A stretch of DNA of 58,872 nucleotides from a virus. Taxonomy: Duplodnaviria > Caudoviricetes. The notes beneath the pieces are model-generated. The model worked only from the letters and a program-made list of their open reading frames with translations. It did no database searches and was not told the DNA's origin. Shown piece after piece: positions 26,670-35,480 of this stretch. How positions within the stretch are numbered: the stretch's first letter is position 1; every line of letters begins with the position of its first letter. The stretch is taken from the IMG/VR virus record IMGVR_UViG_3300032896_000005, positions 1-58,872 of that record; one strand, 5' to 3'. Position numbers and translations under genes: made by a program.

Positions 26670-27428
26670 GTGGGAACTAGCGAAGGTGCCCGCAAGGGCC
26701 ACACCCCGGAGTCTGACGCTAAGCGTCGTGAGGCTATGCGGCGTAAGTGGGCGGACCCGGAGTACCGGGCTAAGCGGGCGGCTCTGGAGCAAACACCAGA
26801 GATGAAGGCTGCGCGTTCAAATGCGATGCGGGTCACGAATAATGATCCCGAAAAACGTGCACATCATTCCGCAGTGATGAAGAAAAAGTTCGCTTCCGAT
26901 GAAGAATATCGGGAGAAACACGCGGAGGGGCTTCGCAAGAGCTGGCAAAATACGGCCAATGCGGAGTTGCGCGCAGAAATCATGCGTCAGGCTTGGATAG
27001 ATAATCCAGACGCATTCGAGGGTAGTCTGCAAGCACTGCGAGATGAGGCACGATCGGAAACTGGTCGTGAGCGTCGGCGTAATTTGAGTGCATTGAGGGC
27101 CGCCACGAACCCGGTGACGCCTCATGAACATGCTGTAGCTCTAGTGCTGAATGAGTTGGAATTGCCATATTTCCTACATAAAGTGCTAGAAGGCAAAGAG
27201 ATGGACATCTACATCCCTTCCCATTGTCTTGATATTGAGATAGATGGCTCTAACCATACCGGTAAGGGCAGGGAACAGGATACTGCTCGTGATGCCTATC
27301 TTAAGGCGCGAGGCTATGATGTTCTGCGCCTACGGCACGGGATGATCGATAATGGCTCGTTTATTTCTAAGCTTCAGGATATTCTGAAGTTACACGCGGC
27401 GTGGCCGCATCAATCTCAAGGAAAATAA
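26670..27428 (+). CDS. DUF559/Vsr-like endonuclease with basic helical repeats (free-standing homing endonuclease)
   Basis: T.HE...DIY....IEIDG.NH...D..RDAYL...GYDVLR; repeated W.DPEYR-like units. Confidence 0.8.
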   Translation: MGTSEGARKGHTPESDAKRREAMRRKWADPEYRAKRAALEQTPEMKAARSNAMRVTNNDPEKRAHHSAVMKKKFASDEEYREKHAEGLRKSWQNTANAELRAEIMRQAWIDNPDAFEGSLQALRDEARSETGRERRRNLSALRAATNPVTPHEHAVALVLNELELPYFLHKVLEGKEMDIYIPSHCLDIEIDGSNHTGKGREQDTARDAYLKARGYDVLRLRHGMIDNGSFISKLQDILKLHAAWPHQSQGK

Positions 27429-27442
27429 GATAAGGAGAAAGT

Positions 27443-27766
27443 GTGGCCATCTCTGTCGCATGGCAGACTGTCGCAACAGGTATCACTACGAGTGCGGCTA
27501 CTGTTTACACCACCGCTGCGTCGACGGCGACGACCTATGGTTATTCCAGGGACCTCGTTGTGAATAACAGTGGTACCGCTACTGTTTTCATCGGCATCGG
27601 CGCTTCGAACGTCGCTACGTCGGTGGCGTCGTTCCAGGTTCCCTCTGGCGGGTCTTTGATCTTGACTCAGTGCCAGGTGCCGAATGGTGTTCCCGTCACC
27701 GCCATCGCGGGGGCTGGGACTACTTCCGTTTCTGTTGGTTACGCGACCAACGTCAACTTCTTCTAA
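27443..27766 (+). CDS. Ser/Thr-rich small structural protein
   Basis: SD AAGGAG; N.G..TVFIG motif shared with the next gene. Confidence 0.65.
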   Translation: MAISVAWQTVATGITTSAATVYTTAASTATTYGYSRDLVVNNSGTATVFIGIGASNVATSVASFQVPSGGSLILTQCQVPNGVPVTAIAGAGTTSVSVGYATNVNFF

Positions 27767-27775
27767 GGAGCCGTC

Positions 27776-28291
27776 GTGCCGAGTTTGGGAGCCGGTGTTG
27801 ACCAGCATGTCAACACCTCGCCGACCCCCACATGGGTGTTCACGCCCAATCCGGTCGGCGGTGCGTCTGTCAGATTGTACAATGAGGGGTCGCAGGTCGT
27901 TTATATCGGGGGCGCTAACGTGTCCCCGTATAACGGGGTGCCTCTTTACCCGGGGTGTCGTCCTGTTGAGTTCCAGAATGCGAACGGGACTATTTACACC
28001 TGTTCTAATGTGACGGGGCTTACCAGCGTCGCGACGTTGAGCGGGGCGTTGAACGCCGGGGTTACCGCTTTCACCACGTCTAGCTCCATCGCGACTATCA
28101 CGGCGGGGACGACGGTTGTCCTCGGCGGGACGAGCGGCGGTGAGGTTGTCTCGGTGACTGCCACCGGCGGCGCTACGACTACCACGTTCACTATCTCGAC
28201 GTCCACACTTTATGATCATAAGAATGCTGCTGTCGTGTATACGGCGTCGAGCACCCCGGGGCAGCTGCGGGTTACTGCTGGCGTCGTTTAA
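27776..28291 (+). CDS. Ser/Thr-rich structural protein
   Basis: SD AAGGAG; LYNEGSQVVYIGG motif. Confidence 0.65.
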   Translation: MPSLGAGVDQHVNTSPTPTWVFTPNPVGGASVRLYNEGSQVVYIGGANVSPYNGVPLYPGCRPVEFQNANGTIYTCSNVTGLTSVATLSGALNAGVTAFTTSSSIATITAGTTVVLGGTSGGEVVSVTATGGATTTTFTISTSTLYDHKNAAVVYTASSTPGQLRVTAGVV

Positions 28292-28313
28292 TTCTGCTAG
28301 GATTGTATGCATC

Positions 28314-29327
28314 GTGAAAATCTTTGTTACAGGCGTAGCGGGGTTCCTCGGCGCGCATATCGCCCGTGAGGGGATAGCACGCGGCTGGGTGGTCGCGGGT
28401 GTTGACTCTATGCTCGGGGGGGACGCTTCAAATGTCCCCCCCGAGGTTCACTGGCGTATCGCGGATTGCAATGACACGGAGAATTATGATTATCTTCTCC
28501 GGGATGTTGATGTGGTTTATCATTGCGCGGCGGCTCCTTATGAGGGACTGTCGGTTTTTTCTCCTCAGATGGTGTTCTCGAATACTTTGATGAGCACCGT
28601 CGCGTTGCTGCGCGCTGCGATCAACGCTAAAGTCAAACGGTTCGTTTTCTGTTCGTCGATGTCGCGGTACGGTGATCAGCAGGCTCCGTTCACTGAGGAT
28701 ATGCCGGCGAAGCCGGTGGATCCGTATGCTATCGCGAAGGTCGCGTCGGAGAACGTCACCCGGAATCTCTGTGAACTCCACGGGATGGAGTGGATCATCG
28801 TGATTCCGCATAACATTTACGGTCCAGGTCAAAGATATTATGATCCGTATCGTAATGTTGCGGGGATCATGATTAATCGTGTTCTGCTTGGGAAGCCCCC
28901 GATTGTTTACGGGACGGGCCAGCAGGTTCGGTCATTGTCATATATCGATGATGTGACAGGCCCGTTGCTTCAGCTTGCTACGGCTGATGTGGCGGGCGAG
29001 ATTTTCAATTTGGGGCCTGACTCGGAAGCTGAGGAGACCACGATCGTCAATCTCGCGCATCGGGTCAGATCGATTCTTGGGTGCGGGAGGGGGGAGTTGG
29101 AGCCGTTGTTCTTCCCGCCTCGCCCCGCTGAGGTGTTCGAGGCGCATTGCTCTGCGGTTAAGGCCCGTAAGGTTCTGGGGTATGAGCCGACGTGGACGTT
29201 GGACGCCGGGTTGGCTGCTTATGTGAATTGGGTTAAGCTCAGGGGCGCTCGCCCGTTCGAGTATCATCTCCCGCTTGAGATCATCACTGATAAGACCCCG
29301 AGAACGTGGTCAGAGAGACTTATGTGA
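28314..29327 (+). CDS. NAD-dependent nucleotide-sugar epimerase/dehydratase (extended SDR)
   Basis: TGVAGFLG, YHCAA, SSMSRYG, YAIAK (YxxxK), NIYGP. Confidence 0.9.
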   Translation: MKIFVTGVAGFLGAHIAREGIARGWVVAGVDSMLGGDASNVPPEVHWRIADCNDTENYDYLLRDVDVVYHCAAAPYEGLSVFSPQMVFSNTLMSTVALLRAAINAKVKRFVFCSSMSRYGDQQAPFTEDMPAKPVDPYAIAKVASENVTRNLCELHGMEWIIVIPHNIYGPGQRYYDPYRNVAGIMINRVLLGKPPIVYGTGQQVRSLSYIDDVTGPLLQLATADVAGEIFNLGPDSEAEETTIVNLAHRVRSILGCGRGELEPLFFPPRPAEVFEAHCSAVKARKVLGYEPTWTLDAGLAAYVNWVKLRGARPFEYHLPLEIITDKTPRTWSERLM

Positions 29328-29328
29328 C

Positions 29329-29904
29329 GTGTCATCTTCTGATAAATCGAGTTATTTCGACACTGACAAGGTAGAACCTCACGGGTACTTCCGGGAGTAC
29401 CTGAAACTCGCCGGGGAGATCGGCCCTCGGGGTCGGGTGTGCGAGGTGGGGGTGCAGAACGGGGAGTCGCTGCGGATGTGGCAGTCCCTGTTCCCCCTGG
29501 GTGAGGTGACCGGGATTGACTGCGATAAGAACGCGGTGTGGCCTGACGGCACCGTGAAGCTTATTATGGAGCAGAACGACCCGGACCTCATCGATGAGGT
29601 CGAGGGATTGTACGATCTCATCGTTGATGACGCCTCTCATGACGGCGGGCTGACGCAGCAGACGTGGTTCCTGCTGTGGCGGAAAGTGAAGCCGGGGGGG
29701 TATTACATCATCGAGGATTGGGTGGTCGCCCTGCGGTCGGATGAGCACTGGGGTGCCTGTTATGGGCCGTCGATGCTGAAGACAGCTGAGTCTTTCCTTA
29801 TGATGTTGGATTCGAGGACCGGTCAGATTGATGAGATCCGGTATCGGTACGGGCTGATTATCATCAGGAAGAACCCTGATTACATTGGGCGGGTTGATGT
29901 CTGA
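29329..29904 (+). CDS. Class I SAM-dependent methyltransferase (sugar O-methyltransferase-like)
   Basis: TDK...HGY, EVGVQNGESL, DLIVDDASH, KPGGYYIIED. Confidence 0.85.
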   Translation: MSSSDKSSYFDTDKVEPHGYFREYLKLAGEIGPRGRVCEVGVQNGESLRMWQSLFPLGEVTGIDCDKNAVWPDGTVKLIMEQNDPDLIDEVEGLYDLIVDDASHDGGLTQQTWFLLWRKVKPGGYYIIEDWVVALRSDEHWGACYGPSMLKTAESFLMMLDSRTGQIDEIRYRYGLIIIRKNPDYIGRVDV

Positions 29905-30529
29905 GCTGGTGTCGGTGGTGACGGCGACGTGGGGGCGTCCTAACGCGCTGCTGAATCATTGCATCCCGAGTGTTTTGCGGCAGTCGCACCGGCCGGTTGA
30001 GCATCTTATCGTGACGGACGGGTTTGACCCGGATTTGAGGGATGTGCTGATCGCGACGGGGTACACCGCTGACGGCACGGAAACGGCGGATGACGGGATC
30101 TATCGGCGGCTGGTGATGCTGGGGCGGAACTGGACCAGTAAAATCAGTGATCCTGGTATCGGGAGCGTCCCCCGGGCGGTCGGCGCTTGGATGGCGGCGG
30201 GGGAGTTCATCTGCTATTTCGATGATGATAATGATTTCCGCGCGGATCATATCGAGAAGCTTCTCGGGGTGATCCGTAATCAGGGTGTGGATATCGCGTT
30301 GTGCCCGTGGGCGGATCATCCGAACCCGGCTTCGTGCGTCGCTGACACGAACACTTTCCTGCACCGGGCGGATGTCCTGAAGTATGGGACGTGGCCGTTG
30401 TCGCCGTATAACGCGGATTACTGCCTGGTGCGGTCGTGGACTGATGATCATCATGTCCCGTGGGGTTTCCATGAGGAGCAGACGGTGGTTTTGAACCGTT
30501 TGAACGGCGGGAGGGGGGCTCGGGAATGA
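29897..30529 (+). CDS. GT2-family glycosyltransferase
   Basis: VSVVTATW.R, SVL.Q, YFDDDN (DxD). Confidence 0.85.
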   Translation: MSELVSVVTATWGRPNALLNHCIPSVLRQSHRPVEHLIVTDGFDPDLRDVLIATGYTADGTETADDGIYRRLVMLGRNWTSKISDPGIGSVPRAVGAWMAAGEFICYFDDDNDFRADHIEKLLGVIRNQGVDIALCPWADHPNPASCVADTNTFLHRADVLKYGTWPLSPYNADYCLVRSWTDDHHVPWGFHEEQTVVLNRLNGGRGARE

Positions 30530-31530
30530 TCACGGTTGTCGTCCCGACGATCCGTGAGGACTGCATCAAACGGTGGCTCACGGAATGGGAAGAAGACCTT
30601 CACGACACCCGCGTCATCATCGTGGAGGACAACCCGACGAAGACGTTCCAGATTTCAGGGGTTGAGCATTACGCGTGGGAGGACATCGACAGGGACCTCA
30701 GGGGGGATTCCTGGGTGATCCCGAGGAGAAGCTCCGCGTGCCGCTCGTACGGGTTCCTGAAGGCCCTGGAAGGCCCTTGTGAGGCGATCTGGACGCTTGA
30801 CGACGACTGCTACCCGGAAACCGGCGTTCGAGGGCGGTACCTGGGCGCTTACACGGCCCAGCTGGGTTACAGCACCCCGGATGACCGGTGGTTCAACACG
30901 ATCCATCACAGCGGCCTGCATCCGAGGGGGTACCCGTACGGGATCCGGGGGCAGGTTAAGCCGGTGATGGTTCATCATGGGCTGTGGTCGAACATCCCTG
31001 ACCTTGACGGGGTGACGCAGCTCGCCAACCCTGATTTCCGGCTCCCCCCGACGACAGCCCCTGAGGTTGTCCCCTATGGGAAGTTCCTTCCGTTCTGCAT
31101 CATGAACGTCGGGTTCCGGAGGGAATTCACCCCCGCCTTGTACATGCTCCTGATGGGGAAGGATAAGGGTCTGGTCCCGTGGGGGTTCGACCGGTTCGAT
31201 GATATCTGGGCGGGGTTGTTCGTGAAGAAAATCGCGGATCACCTCGGGATGACGGTGACTTCCGGGTATCCGGGTATTCATCATTCGAAGGCGAGCGACC
31301 CGCATCGGAACGTTGAATTGGAAGCTGCGGGGATGAGCGCGCATGAGGGGTTCTGGGAGTACATTTCCGGGGTGCGGCTGACGGGTGACAGTGTGAGTGA
31401 ATGCTATGCTGAGCTTGCGCACGCGGTTTGGGGATCGCCTGTCCCCCCGCCTGCGGGGCGTAGTGATTACTGGTTTAAATTGAGTGATGCCATGCGTATT
31501 TGGAATCGTCTTGTCAAGGAACGCCTGTGA
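30526..31530 (+). CDS. RGP / UDP-arabinopyranose mutase-like protein (GT75)
   Basis: VPTIR, SSACRSYGF, TLDDDC, WFNT, RGYPY, HGLWSNIPDLD, C.MN..F.RE, RFDDIWAG, K.I.DHLG, HSKAS, matching plant RGP motifs. Confidence 0.85.
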   Translation: MITVVVPTIREDCIKRWLTEWEEDLHDTRVIIVEDNPTKTFQISGVEHYAWEDIDRDLRGDSWVIPRRSSACRSYGFLKALEGPCEAIWTLDDDCYPETGVRGRYLGAYTAQLGYSTPDDRWFNTIHHSGLHPRGYPYGIRGQVKPVMVHHGLWSNIPDLDGVTQLANPDFRLPPTTAPEVVPYGKFLPFCIMNVGFRREFTPALYMLLMGKDKGLVPWGFDRFDDIWAGLFVKKIADHLGMTVTSGYPGIHHSKASDPHRNVELEAAGMSAHEGFWEYISGVRLTGDSVSECYAELAHAVWGSPVPPPAGRSDYWFKLSDAMRIWNRLVKERL

Positions 31531-32228
31531 ATATGATCGTCATTGTCCCTACCAGGTCCCGTCCGGAGCAGTGCGCCCGGCTTATCAAATCGTTCGAGGA
31601 GACGACGGACACCGCGAGTTTGCTGTTCGTCATCGACGGGGATGATGAATCGTATGAGGGGTTCGACTGGCATGGGCATCGTTGCGCGGAGCTGAACCCG
31701 CGTGGGTCATTGACGCAGAAGCTGAACAACACGGTGAAGAACATCATTGATGATTATGATGAGATAATGTGGCAGGGTGATGATAACGAGTTCATCACCC
31801 CTCATTGGGATACGAGGCTTCTCGAAGCCCGGGAGGAATGGGGTTCCGGGTGGTTGTACCCGAATAACGGGCGACGTTCGGATGTCCCGGAGTCCTGGAC
31901 GGTCAGCAGTGACGTTGTGGAGGCTGTCGGCTGGTACGCGAACCCTGTCCTCGGGCATTATTACATTGATAACTCGGTGGCGGAGATCGGGAAGAGAGCC
32001 GGGTTGATCCGGTGGGTTCCTGATGTGCAGATCAGGCATCATCATTACTCGGTGGACCCGGACGCGGAATATGATGATTTGTACCGGGAGACGGAGAAAC
32101 GTTTCGGGGGGTCTGATCTGCAGATTTATCAGCAGTGGCAGAAGTCGCCGCAGGTGACCGGGATTGTGTCGTCGCTGCGCCGGAAGTTCAACCCCGATGT
32201 GAACTGGATCCTTTCCCGGGTAAGATGA
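31527..32228 (+). CDS. GT-A fold (GT2-like) glycosyltransferase
   Basis: IVPTRSRP, FVIDGDD, GDD...T..WD, HYYIDN, HHH. Confidence 0.75.
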   Translation: MNMIVIVPTRSRPEQCARLIKSFEETTDTASLLFVIDGDDESYEGFDWHGHRCAELNPRGSLTQKLNNTVKNIIDDYDEIMWQGDDNEFITPHWDTRLLEAREEWGSGWLYPNNGRRSDVPESWTVSSDVVEAVGWYANPVLGHYYIDNSVAEIGKRAGLIRWVPDVQIRHHHYSVDPDAEYDDLYRETEKRFGGSDLQIYQQWQKSPQVTGIVSSLRRKFNPDVNWILSRVR

Positions 32229-32268
32229 AAATTAGAATTTGCGATCCTTCCGGAGGGAGGTTCAATAT

Positions 32269-32577
32269 ATGGGTCTCAACATGGGTCAGTGGCAGATAGC
32301 GGGGACCGTCGCGACCACCGTTTGCACTTTGAATATCCCCCCGGGGCCGTACAATATAGCGATGTACAATGTTAACACCGCTGTGACGTTTTACATGGGG
32401 GTGGGTACGTCGTCGACGACCGCCCCGCCTGGGTTGAGCACGAACAGCGGGATGGTGATGCATTCCATCCCGACGTACTGGAATGGGTATCAGGGGGCGT
32501 CGGGGGGTTTTTTGTGGGTGATCGCGAGTACCGCCCCGTCGTCGTTCAATTATATTTTGGATACGCAGCAGAGGTGA
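32269..32577 (+). CDS. Small Ser/Thr-rich protein
   Basis: SD GGAGG. Confidence 0.6.
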   Translation: MGLNMGQWQIAGTVATTVCTLNIPPGPYNIAMYNVNTAVTFYMGVGTSSTTAPPGLSTNSGMVMHSIPTYWNGYQGASGGFLWVIASTAPSSFNYILDTQQR

Positions 32578-32578
32578 T

Positions 32579-32926
32579 ATGCCTAGGATTAACCTGCCCC
32601 CCGGCTGCGCCGGCTTCGCAGATGGTGATAAGAAGTATTATGCTGACAAGCCGGGCGGGTTCGTGAATCTTGACGAGGTTAAGGACGCGAACGCACTGCG
32701 GAAGTTGAAGAATCAGGATTACGCCAGCGCCGGTCTTGTCGACGCCGGACCGGAGAAGCTGTTCGTTCATAAGGCCCGCAAGCCGGGTATGTGGTGTCGA
32801 CGGTGCAATCGGATTTGGCATGCCTGGGCGCGTACCTGTAATAAATGCGGCGACGAAACGATTTCCGAGCTAGAATTGGAAGCGCCACCTTTCCCGAAGG
32901 ACATACACGGGGGTATGATTCCTTGA
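32579..32926 (+). CDS. Zinc-ribbon hypothetical protein
   Basis: SD GAGGTG; CRRC...CNKCG. Confidence 0.65.
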   Translation: MPRINLPPGCAGFADGDKKYYADKPGGFVNLDEVKDANALRKLKNQDYASAGLVDAGPEKLFVHKARKPGMWCRRCNRIWHAWARTCNKCGDETISELELEAPPFPKDIHGGMIP

Positions 32927-33126
32927 CAGAGGCCGGGGAGTTCGAGTTCGACTGCACGATCACCAAAGCGGTCAACCCGGTTTCCTATCAGGAAGTCGAG
33001 TTGACACCCCCGGTCAGGATCTCCACCTGGGAGCAATACGATCTGTTCTACGACAGGTGGGAGCGGTTCTGCCGGGATGCCGCTGACCGGGGTGTGGACC
33101 TTCGGATGGCGCGGTTTACCCTGTAA
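32923..33126 (+). CDS. Hypothetical protein
   Basis: TTGA overlap with the upstream stop. Confidence 0.5.
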   Translation: MTEAGEFEFDCTITKAVNPVSYQEVELTPPVRISTWEQYDLFYDRWERFCRDAADRGVDLRMARFTL

Positions 33127-33127
33127 A

Positions 33128-33525
33128 TGGGAGCAGCCCCGCAGTTGCGAAATGCGGGGCTGCTGCCAGGGGAAGGGATGGCTGTCATTTCCGTGGGTGT
33201 ACTCGACCCACCTGCAGCATGACAGCCGTACGGGCGGAAGGGCCGCATCCGCTCCCTCCGGCTCCGGGAGGGTCCCGACTGCTGGTGAAACCGGGACGTC
33301 TGTGACCTATGTCTATCACGGACGGGGGATTCCCGGTGTCAGCTAGTCAGGCACGTTTGACAGGGTGACCCCGCCTGGCAGGTGCGCCCTCCCCGTAAAT
33401 GACTCGGATCATGGGGCGTCCTTCCGGCGGGTCAAGCGTCCGGTGGGGACCAGGCGGGGTCGGGGGTTCCTGCCGGTGGCAGGAGATGGTGGGGTCGTCC
33501 GCACGACAGGATCATCCTCCCCCAA
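33128..33525 (+). ncRNA. Candidate large structured non-coding RNA, family not recognised
   Basis: About ten consecutive or nested helices; G-U pairs favour the + strand; no credible ORF. Confidence 0.6.
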
Positions 33526-33600
33526 CAACCAAGGAAAACAGGGATCATGGGATGCCCTTAACGCACATAATCAAAGCGATTTGATCGTGCGGACGACAGC

Positions 33601-33777
33601 TTATTCAAAATCTATGCGGAGTTCCACTTCACCGTCATAACACTGCGCTGCGACGACGGTCGCGTGGATGATGGTCCGGAGAAGGTCCGTGTCGGGGGAG
33701 GTGTTCCCGAGGATCGCCTTGGCGAGGCGTAGTTCCTCGTCACGACGGATGGGGTACCGGTCGGGGGCTCCCATCAC
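33601..33777 (-). CDS. Small hypothetical protein
   Basis: Hand translation MGAPDRYPIRRDEELRLAKAILG...IDFE; coupled to the upstream minus-strand gene. Confidence 0.5.
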   Translation of the reverse strand: MMGAPDRYPIRRDEELRLAKAILGNTSPDTDLLRTIIHATVVAAQCYDGEVELRIDFE

Positions 33778-33941
33778 TGTTCGATTTCCGTCGTGTCGAA
33801 CGCGACGTACCCGTGATTCCCGTCGCTGTCGTCGTGGTCCGAGACGTAGAAGCGGGTGAGGATCTCCTCCCCGTACTCGTCGCGGATCTCATGGTTTTGC
33901 GGGAGCTGAAGAAGCTCCGCGACTGCCTCTCGAACCAGCAT
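33774..33941 (-). CDS. Small acidic hypothetical protein
   Basis: MLVREAVAELLQLP...; upstream TTGACA-N18-TAGGGT promoter. Confidence 0.55.
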   Translation of the reverse strand: MLVREAVAELLQLPQNHEIRDEYGEEILTRFYVSDHDDSDGNHGYVAFDTTEIEQ

Positions 33942-34043
33942 GTGTCCCGTCCCTTTTCCCATTTGACCCTCCGACCCTACCCGTGGGCCGGTACCCCTGT
34001 CAAACACATCCGGCGGGGGTTGTATTCCCAGGAAGGAAAGCAG

Positions 34044-34613
34044 ATGACATTGTACGGCCGCTCAGATCTTATGAGCGTATCAGTTCCCGTTTCGTCCGGA
34101 GGGTGCGGCAAAACCCACACTCGACCCGTCCGCAACGGAGCCCCAGCCCGTGACTTCCGTCTCGACTGCCCAGGCTGCGAGGCGTTCCTCAAAGGCGGCG
34201 GGCGGACTGTCCTGACCACTGTACCAGGAGACAAGGAGAACGGCATCCCGTCGTCGCAGAAACGGGTCGCGGACATGGACCCCTGCTGGGGCGGCAGCCC
34301 GGAGTCGGTGCCGGAGACACCTGATGAGAAGCAGTACACGAGCAGGCGGAACAAGCTCGGCGCGGAGCAGCTGGAGTGGGTTCGGGCGTTGGCGGCTGCG
34401 AAGCAGGCGGGGATCGAGATCCCTGAGATGGCGATGGAGATGCTGTCACGTCGGCTTCCGGGGGTTGTGGCGGGTGAGGTTGTCCGTAATGAGCTGAGCG
34501 TCCCGGAGTACTCCCTTGATGATCTCTCGACGGAGAAGCTGAAGCAGATGTGCAAGGAGCAGGGTTTGCCGTCGAACGGGACCCGCGCGAAGCTTATCGA
34601 GCGTTTGAGTTAA
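34044..34613 (+). CDS. Protein with C-terminal SAP domain
   Basis: LDDLSTEKLKQMCKEQGLPSNGTRAKLIERL; SD GGAAGGA. Confidence 0.75.
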   Translation: MTLYGRSDLMSVSVPVSSGGCGKTHTRPVRNGAPARDFRLDCPGCEAFLKGGGRTVLTTVPGDKENGIPSSQKRVADMDPCWGGSPESVPETPDEKQYTSRRNKLGAEQLEWVRALAAAKQAGIEIPEMAMEMLSRRLPGVVAGEVVRNELSVPEYSLDDLSTEKLKQMCKEQGLPSNGTRAKLIERLS

Positions 34614-34621
34614 AGAGGCAT

Positions 34622-34825
34622 GTGAGCAGAGCCGCCGGTTTGTGCAGGAGATGCGGGGGGCCGAAGAGAGGCCGGGCGGCGAGGGTCGCCGCGCCTATAG
34701 CTCAATGCAACAAATGTGGAGACGATATCTGTGCCCGTCATGCTTGCTGGGTCGGAGATTTCTATATTTGCACGAAGTGTAATCGTGCGATGGGTAGACG
34801 CGTTCCCGATTCTTACAGAGACTGA
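34622..34825 (+). CDS. Small Cys-rich zinc-finger protein
   Basis: CRRC, CNKC, CARH, CTKC. Confidence 0.55.
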   Translation: MSRAAGLCRRCGGPKRGRAARVAAPIAQCNKCGDDICARHACWVGDFYICTKCNRAMGRRVPDSYRD

Positions 34826-35445
34826 GCAAACTCGTAGGTATCCTCCACTTGTGTTAGAACTGTATTGAGATCTGGACAGTTGATCCATTCACTTACACGC
34901 CAGCCGCCGTGATAGTAGGGAAATGTCGCTGCTCCGTAAATTTTGTTGCATATGCCTTGGATGATAGCTTCATCTGCTACTGTGCCTGGTTGATGCCATA
35001 CCATCTGACCTTGGATTTCCTTACCTGTGTATTTGAAAAACCGAATGTTGCTGTAATGGATGTTCATGCCAGGGCGACTCGTGCTGTAGCCGATTTTTAG
35101 TACGTCGCCGTAAGTCGTTGCGTAAAGGTAACCGTCACCTTTACGGTGCCAGGGATGTTTATCGCGTCGCATGGCTAGAAATTCTGCGGTCTCAGCCATG
35201 CGCGTTGCTGCTGCTGCTTGACGACAAGTATCACATTGTGTGGAGGTACCTGCCTTCAAGCTTTCCCAGCGAACATTCAACGGGTTATCACATAGTTCAC
35301 AGTTGCACGGGACCCACCAACTGCTATAGATCACAGGGGTCCCGTCTGCTTTGTGTCGTTTTCGATCGGGTACGCGAAATGGCGGCCCTGTCACACGAAG
35401 ATGCCCGTAGTTTGGTTGCGGCGCAGGTACTTTCAACGCTCTCAC
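34813..35445 (-). CDS. Free-standing GIY-YIG (T5orf172-like) endonuclease with N-terminal Cys domain
   Basis: YGHLRV...CNCELC...V....L..G....C..C; GYLY...LKIGYS...E...EW; promoter TTGACA-N16-TAAGCT-N7-GTG(35445). Confidence 0.75.
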   Translation of the reverse strand: MRALKVPAPQPNYGHLRVTGPPFRVPDRKRHKADGTPVIYSSWWVPCNCELCDNPLNVRWESLKAGTSTQCDTCRQAAAATRMAETAEFLAMRRDKHPWHRKGDGYLYATTYGDVLKIGYSTSRPGMNIHYSNIRFFKYTGKEIQGQMVWHQPGTVADEAIIQGICNKIYGAATFPYYHGGWRVSEWINCPDLNTVLTQVEDTYEFAQSL

Positions 35446-35480
35446 GCGAGTGAGCTTACCCGGATTGGAGGTGATGTCAA

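Noticed and set aside
27387-27428. In-frame TTA near the end of the DUF559 endonuclease
   Set aside because: The ORF ends normally 12 codons later and the next matched AAG gives no sensible product; the gene is AT-richer, so TTA is unsurprising.
33128-33525. Assignment of the structured region to tRNA, tmRNA, RNase P, hammerhead or a CRISPR array
   Set aside because: Diagnostic motifs not seen and no repeated unit. No CRISPR array or tRNA was noticed anywhere in the window.
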